64,000 bases of DNA, taken from NCBI GenBank assembly GCA_963709345.1, contig CAVPVX010000001.1, positions 224,001-288,000 of the forward strand, read 5' to 3'. Source of the stretch: an uncultured Actinomycetes bacterium. GTDB taxonomy: Bacteria; Actinomycetota; Thermoleophilia; UBA2241. Below, piece by piece: positions 28,418-38,681 of the stretch. The number at the start of each line of letters is the position of its first letter. The first letter of the stretch is position 1. A program made the translations under genes and the position numbers. A model generated the notes under the pieces. The model ran no database searches, was not told the DNA's origin, and worked only from the letters and a program-made list of their open reading frames with translations.

Positions 28418-29847
28418 TCACCCCTCGTCTGCGTCCGTGGCCGGCAACTCGACCGTGAACACGGCGCCCCCGTCCGGTGCGCCGCCGGCACTGATCGACC
28501 CGCCCTGCGCCTCCACGAGTGCCCGGCAGATGGCGAGGCCCAGACCGGCGCCCGGGGTGCCGCGGGCGCCCTGGCCGCGATAGAAGCGGTCGAAGACGAA
28601 GGGCAGATCCACCGCGGCGATCCCAGGCCCGTCGTCGACGACCGTGAGCAGCGCACGAGCGCCCTCCGGGCCGTCGGCGCCGGCCACCGACAGTCTCACG
28701 TGCCCGCCTGCAGACGTGAACTTGAGCGCATTGTCGAGCAGGTTGACGACGACTTGCAGCATCCGGTCCCTGTCGGCGACCACGACGACGGCCCTCAGAT
28801 CCGACTCGAGCGAGACCCCCTTGGCGGTGTACGCCGGCTGAACCCGGTCGGCCGCAGCGCCGGCCAACTCGTCGAGGTGCACGCGCTCGTGCTCGATGCT
28901 CAGGTCTTCGCTCTCGAGCTCATTGAGACTGCGCAGAGCGCCGAGCAAACGCCCGAGGCGTTCGACCTCCTCGCCGATCACGCGCAGGTTCTCGGGCGTC
29001 GCCGGCAGGACGCCGTCCTCGAGCGCCTCGACCCGCGATTGGATCGTGGCCAGCGGCGTGCGCAGCTCGTGCGAGAGGTCGCTGGTCATGTCGCGCCTCC
29101 ACTGCTCGTCGCGCGCCAGCCTGTCGGCCATCGCGTTGAACGCTCGCGCCAGAGCCCCGACCTCGTCGTCGCCGCGGGGCGCGACCCGGACCTCGAAGTC
29201 GCCGCCGGCGACGTCGCCGGCGGCGTCGGTCAGGTCCTCGAGCGGACCCGTGATCCGACGACTCACCAGCAGGCTCACCAAGAGCGCGAGCGCCGCGGCG
29301 ATGACCGCCGCGATCGCGAGGTTCCTGGTGAGCGCGCTCTGGTACGCCGACTCGGCGCCCGCTCGGGCGCTCCTCGGCGCGTACACCTCGGCCGTCGCCA
29401 CCTGCTCGCCCTCGACGGTGACCGGGAAGCTCTCCACGATGAAGTCGGCGCCGCTGAGCGACGTCGCCTGCGGCGCCGGCGAACCGAACCCACCGGCTCC
29501 GGCGCCCTGACCCCCTCCCGAGCCACCGCCCATCATGCCCTTGCCCATGTGCCGCCCCTCAACGGTGAAGAGCAGTTGGCCCCTCGGCGAGTACACGGCG
29601 ACGTCGACGTTGTTCAGCGTCGCCACGCGGCTGAGCGCGTAGATCGCGGTGGCGTCCCAGCCGTCGGGCTCGCTGTACGTCTCGGTCAGAGTCCGGACCA
29701 CGGCCTCGTTGCGGGCGCGTTGCACCTCGTTCAGGTAGCTGTCGAACCGTCGCGACCCGGCATAGGTGACGATGAGAGCCACGACGACGATGGCCAGCAC
29801 AGCCACCGCGAGGTGGGTGATCGCCAGCCTCAGGCGGAGCCCGCGTC

Positions 29848-29851
<4 letters not shown>
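28418..29851 (-). CDS. Sensor histidine kinase with HAMP domain (BaeS-like)
   Basis: Two TMs, HAMP, 'SHELRTPL', 'NLLDNA', G boxes. Confidence 0.92.
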
Positions 29852-30552
<701 letters not shown>

Positions 30553-30658
30553 CATCACATCATACCCGCACACCCCGGGGCGGGCTCCCGGAGCGCGGTG
30601 ACCTCATCTGATAGGATGCACGGCACGCCCAAGGAGGTCTCCCCTGCCCAACCTCAAG

Positions 30659-32465
30659 GTGTATCGAGTCGCCTGGGTCGTCGCGGTGGTCCTCGTCGTG
30701 GTCTCCCTCTTCGCACTGCGCAGCCCAGACACCCCCAAGCTCAGCCCGGAGCCACCGTCGTTCGACGGGGCCGCCGCGACCGCCGATCTCAAGGCCATCG
30801 TCGAGCAGTTCCCCCAGCGAGTCGCGGGCAGCGACCCGGACAATCGCGCCGGGATCTGGGTGGAGCAGCAATTCCGGCAGGCCGGCCTCGAGACGCACAT
30901 CGAGGGCTACGCGGCCAAGGTGAACGGCGAGGACGTAGCCCTGCAGAACGTGTGGGCCATCTCCAAGGGGCGCACGCAGGGGACGATCATGCTCGTCGCG
31001 AACCGCGATGTCTCTCAGCTGGCGACGCAGGGCGCCGGCGACAACGCCTCCGGGGTCGCGGCGCTGCTCGAGCTGGCGCGAGCCTTCACGGTCACGGCGC
31101 ACGAACACAGCATCATCTTTCTGTGCACCACCGGCGACGCATACGGGGCGCTCGGCGCGCGGCGCTTCGTCGAGGACCACGAGACCGACGACCTCTACGC
31201 CGTCATCGCCCTGCGAGACATCGCCAAGCGCGAGGTCGATGGCGTCGGGCTCGACGGCTGGAGCCCCAAGCCCAGAGCGGCGCCTCCTTGGCTGTGGCTG
31301 CTCACGGCGCCCGCCGCGAAGCGCGACTCCAATCTGGATGCGTCGCTGCCCACCGTAGCCGCCCAGGTCCTGCGTCTCGCGGTTCCCATCAGCTCCGGGA
31401 GCCAGGGCCCGTTCGTCGCCGCCGGCGTGCCGGCCGATCACGGTCTCCGCCGCCGGACCATCCGTCAGCGCACAGAACGACACCCTCGACAACGTCTCCG
31501 CCGAGACGCTCACGAAGATCGGCACGACAGTACAGAACATGGTGATGGCGCTCGACGGCACCACATCCCCAGGGCAGGGCAGCGGCGGCGCCATCTTCTT
31601 GACCCGCAGGGCGACGCTGCCCGGCGGCGCGCTCGCGGCGATCCTCGCTGCGCTGCTGCTGCCGCTCGTCGCCGTGACCGTCGACCTCTTCGCCCACTGT
31701 CGCCGCGCCCGCATCGCACTGCGCCCGGCCCTCGTGCGCGCAGCACTGCATCTGGCCCCATGGCTTGTTCTCATCGTCATCGTGTACTTCGCGAACCTCA
31801 TCGGCCAGTTGCCACGGAGCCCCGACGCGGTGATCCCGCCGGAGTCGCGGCTCGTGGAGAACCCGCGCTATCTGCGGGTGGTGATCCTCATGGCACTCAT
31901 GCTTCTCGCGTACGCGTACGCGGTCGCCGTCGAGCGGCGCGTCGAGCGGCGAGTGCTCACCGACCGGCGCGCAACCATCTTCGTATCCCACCTGTTTCTG
32001 GTACTGATCGCGCTTGCGGCACTGCTGGTCGACCCGTTCTCGGTGCTCCTGGTGCTGCCGGCCGCCATCCTCTGGCCCCTGGCCAGACCCGGCGGCTGGG
32101 CGCGGTCCATCCTTCCGGTGTACCTGGGGTTCGCGATGATCCCGGTGCCGCTGATCTACTACGCGTTGCGCCTTGAGTCGGGCTGGAACGTGTGGTGGTA
32201 CTTCTTCCTGCTCTTCGAGAACAGGACGGTGCCTGTGGGCGTCGTACTGGTGGGGGCGCTCTTCTTCTCGACGGCCGGCGTCCTCGCGCACACTCTTCAC
32301 GAGCGCGGCCTGGCGCCCGGAGCGCTCACGTGGCCTGCAATCGACCGCCGCAGCAGCGATCGGATGAGCGACGCGGAGTGGGCGGCCGTCTCCGAGGTGT
32401 CCCTTCGGCGCACGCGACACGGCTCACGCCCGCGACGGCGCCGCCGGGGGGCGCAGAAGCGCTAG
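30659..32465 (+). CDS. M28 peptidase-like domain + multi-TM membrane protein (frameshift near 31435)
   Basis: 'PQRVAGS', 'GAGDNASGVA.LLELA'; after 'GVPA' the protein continues in another frame ('ITVS..NDTLDNVS.ETL') into the TM region; start uncertain. Confidence 0.7.
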
Positions 32466-32508
32466 CTGCGCCCGGTTCGGCGTCGGCCGCTCTGGTCGAG
32501 CCGGTAGA

Positions 32509-33855
32509 TCAGTAGTCTTCCTGCGACAACGACTCGTCGATGGTCGAGTCGGTCTCGGCGTCGAGCTTGACGTCCTCGCCCGACGGTACCGTCGTCTCTC
32601 CGCTATCGCGCGACAGCAGGGCCGCCTCACCGCTCATCATCGCGTCGAACGCCTTCGCCTTCAGGCGCGCCCTCGTCTCCTCGATACGGCGCCGCATCTC
32701 CGCCTGGTCGATCGACCCGCCGGCACGAGCCGTCGGCTCCTCGGCGACGGGCTCGGCGGCCGGAGCCGGCTCGACGACGGGTACGGCTGCGGATACCGGC
32801 GCCGCGATATCCGCTACCAGCCCGGGACGCTCCTCTCCCACGGCCTCAGCGGTCGGCGGTTCCTCCTCGGCCAAGGGGCTCTCCGCGACAACGACTCCCT
32901 GCTCGAGGACGGGCTCCTCCACGGCTTCGGGGAGGTCCTCGGCCACCGGGAGCTCAACGGCTGCCGGGGGTCGCTCGACGGCCGAAGACTCATCGACCAC
33001 CGGCGCCGCTTCGACGACCGCGTCACCCTCGTGCGCAACGTCCCACGCGGGAGGAGCCGATGGCGTGGGCTCCTCGAGAACGGGCGGCTCCACCGCGGAC
33101 TGCTCGGCGACGGGCTCCTCGACCACCGCCTCCGCCACGGCCTCTTCGACCGCAGGCTGCTCGGCGACTGCGTCATCGACCGCAGGCTGCTCGGCGACTG
33201 CGTCCTCTACCATCGCCTCCACCACGGCCTCTTCGGCCACGGCTTCGGTGACCACTGCCTCGACGTACGCTTCTTCGGCCACGATCTCGGCGGCGACGGC
33301 GTCCCTGGCCGCCTCCTCGGCCACAGCCTCAGCGGCGACCGCCTCGACAGCCGCTTCTTCGGCAACGGCCTCCGCCACCAGAGCCTCGGCCACAGCCTGC
33401 TCGGCGATCACATCGGCGACGGCCGCCTCGGTTACAGCTGCTTCGGCAGCCTCCGCGACGTCGGCGGCGGCCGCCTCTTCGGCGGCTTCCTCGACACTCC
33501 CGAACGGCTGGGCGATCTCGGACTCGACGGCCGCACGGGTCTCGTCGATGCGCGCCTTGAGGTCGTCGGCGAGCTCTTCGACCACGACGGCGTTCCCGAT
33601 GTCGAGCGCCGGCTCGGGCGTCCAAACGCCCTCCGCCACAGGCTCCGGCGCCTTCTCCGCCACCGCGACACCCGCCTCGTCGTCCCACTCCCGCCCGCCC
33701 TCCGGCTGCGGGAACTCGACCGGTGCGGCAGGCAGCAGCCTGCCGGTGGCGCCGCCGACCAGCTGTCGGCGCATCTCGCGCCCGCTCTTGGGGGTGACCA
33801 GCACGGCAACTCCGGCCCCTATCACGAGCCCGAGCAGGAATCTCATCAGCTTCAT
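32509..33855 (-). CDS. YtxH-domain protein with long acidic Ala/Glu/Val repeat region
   Basis: 'FLLGLVIGAGVAVLVTPKSGREMR' YtxH signature; GGAGG RBS. Confidence 0.75.
   Translation of the reverse strand: MKLMRFLLGLVIGAGVAVLVTPKSGREMRRQLVGGATGRLLPAAPVEFPQPEGGREWDDEAGVAVAEKAPEPVAEGVWTPEPALDIGNAVVVEELADDLKARIDETRAAVESEIAQPFGSVEEAAEEAAAADVAEAAEAAVTEAAVADVIAEQAVAEALVAEAVAEEAAVEAVAAEAVAEEAARDAVAAEIVAEEAYVEAVVTEAVAEEAVVEAMVEDAVAEQPAVDDAVAEQPAVEEAVAEAVVEEPVAEQSAVEPPVLEEPTPSAPPAWDVAHEGDAVVEAAPVVDESSAVERPPAAVELPVAEDLPEAVEEPVLEQGVVVAESPLAEEEPPTAEAVGEERPGLVADIAAPVSAAVPVVEPAPAAEPVAEEPTARAGGSIDQAEMRRRIEETRARLKAKAFDAMMSGEAALLSRDSGETTVPSGEDVKLDAETDSTIDESLSQEDY
33152..33205. repeat. 30-bp-period tandem repeat within a degenerate pentapeptide-coding array
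   Basis: GCAGGCTGCTCGGCGACTGCGTC occurs twice, encoding DAVAEQPAV. Confidence 0.7.
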
Positions 33856-34002
33856 CGCTGCCTCCTTGGCGGCTGCCCAGCCGTACGCCAGCCGTACGGG
33901 CGCGCGATGCCGGCGAACTGTTCTTCGGAAGAAAGGTGCCCGGACTTTACCAGTGTACAGCCCTGTATACGGTGGCGGTGGGGTGCAGTCCTGCCCGGAA
34001 CG

Positions 34003-34410
34003 TCAAGCGAGACGCTGCGCCGTGACCCCACCCTCGTCGCCGGCGGTTATCAGGGCGACCCACCGAGGACCCCACCGTTCCGTGACCCGCGCCGCCGCCT
34101 CTGTGAGCGCGGCGCTCACGTCGGTACCGACGAAGGCCATCAGCGGCAACATCGGCCGATGCTCGATCTGAACGCGCACGCCCTCGTCGCCCTGCTTGAC
34201 GAGGATCGGCTCCGCGCTTAGCTCCCGGAGCCTCGCCACGTTCTCCGGCGCCATCTCGAGAGAGGCGCAGGCGCCGGTCACGGCTGACGGCTGCATTTCG
34301 AGGTCGCGCTTGACGGAGCGCGCGTAGATCCAGACGCCGACCAGCGCGACGAGCGCGACGATCAGGAAGACAAGAACCCCTATGTACACGCTAGTCACGG
34401 CGCTCGTCAC
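34003..34410 (-). CDS. Hypothetical single-TM membrane protein
   Basis: N-terminal TM; overlaps the rarA 3' end. Confidence 0.7.
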   Translation of the reverse strand: MTSAVTSVYIGVLVFLIVALVALVGVWIYARSVKRDLEMQPSAVTGACASLEMAPENVARLRELSAEPILVKQGDEGVRVQIEHRPMLPLMAFVGTDVSAALTEAAARVTERWGPRWVALITAGDEGGVTAQRLA

Positions 34411-35767
34411 CTCTCAACTCGCGGTCGTCGTCGGCCGCCCGCCGTCTGGTCTCCGCCAAGCGGGCGGCGAGCTCGCTCTCGACTCCTCGTATCGGCACAT
34501 AGTAGCGGCGTCCTGAGAGCTTGTCCGGCAGATACTGCTGGTCGACCCAGCCGCCGCATGCGTGCGGGTACCTGTACCCCACGCCGTGCCCGAGTTCCTT
34601 GGCGCCGCGATAGCTCCCATCGCGAAGATGGGCCGGCGGCGGCTGGTTGCCCTCCCGCCGCACGTCGTCGAGCGCCGCGTCGACGGCCCTATACGCGGCG
34701 TTGCTCTTCGGCGCGAGAGCCAGATAGGCGACCGCCTGGCTCAGGTTGATGCGGCACTCCGGAAGCCCGACGAACTCGACCGCCCGCGACGCCGCGATCG
34801 CGACCTGCAACGCCTGCGGGTCGGCGTTGCCGACGTCCTCGCTGGCGAAGACGATCATGCGGCGAGCGATGAACTTCGGATCCTCGCCGCCGGCGATCAT
34901 CGACGCCATGTAGTAGATGGCCGCGTCGGGGTCGCTGCCGCGCATGCTCTTGATGAACGCCGAGATGGTGTCGTAGTGGGAATCGTCGCGGTCGTACGAG
35001 ACGGGGGACTTCTGCGCCGCGTCCCTCAGGTCGGCGACGGTGAGCTCGAGCGCCACCGGCGAAGCGGTGCCCGCCCCGGTACGCAGCGCTGCCGACCGCG
35101 AACGCCAGGCGGTCTCGAGCGCGTTCAGCGCCACTCGCGCGTCGCCGCGCGAGATCCCCGCAAGAAAGCCGGGCGCGCCGCCCTCCAGCGTGACGTGCTT
35201 GTCGCCGAGCCCCCGCGCCGGGTCGACGACAGCGGCCGCGACGACCTTCTCGATAAGCTCGGGGGCCAGTGGCTCGAAGCGGTACAGCTGGCAACGGCTG
35301 ATGAGCGCCGAGTTGACCTCGAAGTACGGGTTCTCGGTCGTCGCCCCGATGAGCGTGACGATGCCGTCCTCGATCGCCGGCAGCAGGGCGTCCTGCTGAG
35401 CCTTGTTGAAGCGGTGGATCTCGTCGATGAAGAGCACGGTGCGAGCCGCACTGAGGGCGCGGGCCTCGCTCGCGCCCTTGATCGCCGCGCGGACGTCGGC
35501 CGTGCCGGAGCTCACCGCCGAGAGCTGGACCAGCCGGGCGCCCGTCTCCGCCGCGATGAGCCGCGCCAGCGTCGTCTTGCCGCTGCCCGGCGGCCCGAAA
35601 AGGATCATGCTGAAGAGCTCGCCGCCGCGGATGGCCGCCCGGAGCACGCTCCCCGGCCCGACGATGTGGTCCTGGCCGGCGAACTCCTCGAGGGTTCGCG
35701 GCCGCATGCGCGCCGCAAGCGGCGCCTCGGCCGCGACCTGCGCGTCGCTCATCGAGAAGAGATCCAT
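34391..35767 (-). CDS. rarA: Replication-associated recombination protein A (RarA/MgsA)
   Basis: 'PLAARMRP', Walker A 'GPPGSGKT', 'DEIHRFNK', 'ATTENP', 'SAFIKS.RGSDPDAA'. Confidence 0.95.
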   Translation of the reverse strand: MDLFSMSDAQVAAEAPLAARMRPRTLEEFAGQDHIVGPGSVLRAAIRGGELFSMILFGPPGSGKTTLARLIAAETGARLVQLSAVSSGTADVRAAIKGASEARALSAARTVLFIDEIHRFNKAQQDALLPAIEDGIVTLIGATTENPYFEVNSALISRCQLYRFEPLAPELIEKVVAAAVVDPARGLGDKHVTLEGGAPGFLAGISRGDARVALNALETAWRSRSAALRTGAGTASPVALELTVADLRDAAQKSPVSYDRDDSHYDTISAFIKSMRGSDPDAAIYYMASMIAGGEDPKFIARRMIVFASEDVGNADPQALQVAIAASRAVEFVGLPECRINLSQAVAYLALAPKSNAAYRAVDAALDDVRREGNQPPPAHLRDGSYRGAKELGHGVGYRYPHACGGWVDQQYLPDKLSGRRYYVPIRGVESELAARLAETRRRAADDDRELRGDERRD

Positions 35768-35803
35768 GCGTCAAGTCTACGCCAGGTGCTACTATCGAGC
35801 GCG

Positions 35804-36307
35804 ATGCCCAAGGTGCTCGTCTTGAACACGACCTACGAGCCGCTCAACGTCTGCACGGCGCGGCGCGCTGTGGTGCTGCTTCTCAAGGGCAAGGCGGAAG
35901 TGCTTGAGCAATCCGGAGGGGCCCTTCGCAGCGAGCGCGCCGCCTACGAGGTCCCGCTCGTCATCCGCTTGAACTCCTACGTCCACATCCCACGTCGGGC
36001 GACGTCGGGGCGCATCTCCCGCCGCGCCGTATTCGCGCGCGACGGGCACCGCTGCCAGTACTGCGGCAGCACCCGCCACCTCACCGTGGACCACGTGGTG
36101 CCGCGCTCCAGGGGCGGCGCCGACACGTGGGACAACCTCGTCACGTCGTGCGCACCCTGCAACCGCCGAAAGGGCGACCGGCCTCTCCACGTAGCCGGCC
36201 TCCGGCTGCTGCGCGCGCCGCGCCAGCCGGGGCAGGCGGCTTTCGTGCTCCTGCACGTGGACCACGTCCACGAGAGCTGGCGTCCGTATCTGAGCTTCGC
36301 GTCCTGA
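35804..36307 (+). CDS. HNH endonuclease
   Basis: 'VLVLNTTYEPL', 'RDGHRCQYCG', 'TVDHVVPRSRGG..W.NLV..C..CN..K'. Confidence 0.92.
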   Translation: MPKVLVLNTTYEPLNVCTARRAVVLLLKGKAEVLEQSGGALRSERAAYEVPLVIRLNSYVHIPRRATSGRISRRAVFARDGHRCQYCGSTRHLTVDHVVPRSRGGADTWDNLVTSCAPCNRRKGDRPLHVAGLRLLRAPRQPGQAAFVLLHVDHVHESWRPYLSFAS

Positions 36308-36329
36308 CCGGTCGCGTCCACGCATGAAG

Positions 36330-36363
36330 CGGGCGGCCGACGCTCTCGCGCCGGCCGCCCGCC
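36330..36363. terminator. GC hairpin between convergent HNH and SBP genes
   Basis: GCGGGCGGCCG...CGGCCGCCCGC inverted repeat. Confidence 0.55.
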
Positions 36364-36415
36364 GTGCTCGCTCCTTCGTCGCCCGCAGGAGTGGCGACGT
36401 CTCAGTCTCGCCGGC

Positions 36416-38269
36416 TCACGCCTCCGTCTCGGCGCGACCGCTGCGTCTCCGCATCAGGAACACCACGAGAAGGATGACGATGGCGGCAGCGACCATGATC
36501 GCGATGATGAGGGTCGTGCTGGAGCCGCCCGCCGCCTCTTCATCTGTCGTCACGCCGGGGTGCACCGCGACGTAGGTGTCCGGCTGCGTGTTGTACCACC
36601 AGGCGCCCATGTCCTGATTCGAGCGTACCCAGCCCGTCCACGTGCCCTTGTTGGCGGCAAGAAGGTCCTTCGGGTACACCAGCGGGATGTAGGGCGACTC
36701 GTCGTAGATGATCTCCTGCATGCGGTGGACGATGTCGATGCGCTCCTGCACGTCGATCGTCGTCTGCTGCTCGAGGAAGAGCTTGTCGTACTCCGCGTTC
36801 GACCAGTTGCAGTCGCTCCAGTACTCGATCGAGTCGGTGGTCATGATCGAGAGGATGAAGTTGGGGTCGACGTCGCCGCCCCAGCCCCAGATGAACAGGT
36901 CGAAGTCGGGGGCGAACTCGTCACCATCGTAGTTGTACTGCTTGTCGCCGAGGGCGCCGTCGTCGATGATCTGGTAGTCGATGTCGAGGCCCACGTCCTT
37001 GAACCAGCCGGTGATGAGCTTGCCGCAGTTCTGGCTCTCGGTCGACTCCGTGCGCGCGAACAGACGCAGCTTGATCGGCTTGCCCTTGTACTCACGGATG
37101 CCGTCGCCGCTGGCGTCGGGGTAGCCGGCCTCGTCGAGCGCCTGGCGAGCCTTGTCGAGGTCGAAGGTGTAGGCCTGCTCCGCCGGCGGCGTCCAGTGGA
37201 AGTCGGCCTCGCTCGAGTAGAAGTCACGCGTGACGAGCGAGTCGCCGGGGGCGGCGTTGCCGTTGTAGCCGATGGAGACGATCTTGTCCTTGTCGATGGC
37301 CCACTGCAGGGCGCTGCGGAAGGCCGGGTCCTGAAGCACCGGGTGACCGGTCGACTTCGGGAACACCTTCTGGTCGGCGCAGTTGAAGCCGAGCTGATCG
37401 AGGCCGATGGTCACTGCCTTGATCGACTCGAGGTCCGGCTCGTTGTTCAGCGGGTCGAACTGGGCTGCGGGGATGTTCCAGCCGCTCTGGATGGCGCCGG
37501 TCTTGAGGTCCTGCGCCATCGTGTCCGCGTTCTGGTAGGTCTGGTAGATGACCTCGTCGATCTTGGGAGCGCCGCGCCAGTAGTCCTTGTTGGCGACCAT
37601 GCGCACGTACTCGCCCTTCTTCCACTCGACCACCTGGAAGGGCCCCGAGCCGATGATGGGCGGCGAGTTCTTGAACTTGTTCTCGACTTCCTTGGGGCTG
37701 ACCTTGCTCCAGATGTGCTCCGGCAGGATCGGGATCCAGAGGCCGAGCATGTTCGCCTTGGGCTTGGAGCAGGTGAACACCACCGTCGTGTCGTCGGTCG
37801 CCTCGACCTTCTCGATGAACTTGACGTAGTCGGTGAACATCCCGAGCTCGTTGTCGATGATGTAGTTGAAGGTGAAGGCGACGTCTTTGGCGGTCAGTGG
37901 CTTGCCGTCCTGCCACTTCGACTGGTCGGTGATCGTGAACGTCCACACCTTGCCGTCGTCGGAGGTCTGCCAGTCGGTGGCGAGGCCGACACCGGGCACG
38001 TTGGCCAGGTCCTCGGCGCGGAAGCCGACCAGCAGCTCGTAGTTGATCGCCCAGATCTCGTACGACGACGACTCGTAGCCGATGAACGGGTTGAGGTTGT
38101 CCGGATCGTTCGTCCAGCCGAGACGAAGTGTCACTTTGCCGCCGTCGGCCGCCGGACTCTCGCTGGAGGCGAGCGCGGAGCCCAGACCCCACAGGAGCCC
38201 CACCGCCAGTAACGCGGCGAGCACCAGGATGAGTAAGCGGCCGCGACCTGTTCTGGATCGTGCAGACAC
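36416..38269 (-). CDS. ABC peptide/nickel substrate-binding protein (family 5) with C-terminal TM anchor
   Basis: 'LATDW..S.DG..WTF', 'WQDG.PLTA.DV.FTF', 'GSGPF'; signal peptide and C-terminal TM followed by RRR. Confidence 0.9.
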   Translation of the reverse strand: MSARSRTGRGRLLILVLAALLAVGLLWGLGSALASSESPAADGGKVTLRLGWTNDPDNLNPFIGYESSSYEIWAINYELLVGFRAEDLANVPGVGLATDWQTSDDGKVWTFTITDQSKWQDGKPLTAKDVAFTFNYIIDNELGMFTDYVKFIEKVEATDDTTVVFTCSKPKANMLGLWIPILPEHIWSKVSPKEVENKFKNSPPIIGSGPFQVVEWKKGEYVRMVANKDYWRGAPKIDEVIYQTYQNADTMAQDLKTGAIQSGWNIPAAQFDPLNNEPDLESIKAVTIGLDQLGFNCADQKVFPKSTGHPVLQDPAFRSALQWAIDKDKIVSIGYNGNAAPGDSLVTRDFYSSEADFHWTPPAEQAYTFDLDKARQALDEAGYPDASGDGIREYKGKPIKLRLFARTESTESQNCGKLITGWFKDVGLDIDYQIIDDGALGDKQYNYDGDEFAPDFDLFIWGWGGDVDPNFILSIMTTDSIEYWSDCNWSNAEYDKLFLEQQTTIDVQERIDIVHRMQEIIYDESPYIPLVYPKDLLAANKGTWTGWVRSNQDMGAWWYNTQPDTYVAVHPGVTTDEEAAGGSSTTLIIAIMVAAAIVILLVVFLMRRRSGRAETEA

Positions 38270-38386
38270 GTGAGCTCCTTCCTTGTGACCTGCCGGTCGC
38301 CCCCCCAGGACCGACCGTGCCCGTCCTTGCTACTAAATCACGGATGTGGCGGTAGGGCCAGGCACCCGGATGCTATACTCCGCCGC

Positions 38387-38662
38387 GTGATCATCGACGA
38401 CAGCAGAGAACCCCGCCTGCAACTCGGCGACGCCGAGCCGTTCCGCATCGACAGCGCCGAGGTCACGCGCGACATGGAGCGGTCGACGCTCACGCGCATC
38501 GTCGTCAACGGCGACTCGTACCGGCTGCCGGTGGGAGCCCGCATCACTCTTTGGACGGGCCCCAACGTCGTTTTCGTCGGTAAGGCGGTCGACGAGCATC
38601 ATGTTCTCGACCTCCTCTCCAGCGAGACCGACGACGAGCTGACGGACGACGAGACCATCTGA
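38387..38662 (+). CDS. Small hypothetical protein
   Basis: TGCTATACT 7 nt upstream of GTG (leaderless); high GC3; directly upstream of rmlA. Confidence 0.65.
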   Translation: MIIDDSREPRLQLGDAEPFRIDSAEVTRDMERSTLTRIVVNGDSYRLPVGARITLWTGPNVVFVGKAVDEHHVLDLLSSETDDELTDDETI

Positions 38663-38681
38663 CCGCCCGGCGGCCAAGGAG

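Noticed and set aside
33914-33927. LexA box CGAAC-TGTT-CTTCG upstream of the YtxH gene
   Set aside because: One mismatch in the core, no flanking T/A, and no box at rarA; may be chance
35804-36307. HNH gene as a homing endonuclease or mobile element
   Set aside because: Widespread stand-alone HNH type, with no intron, intein, terminal repeats or composition shift
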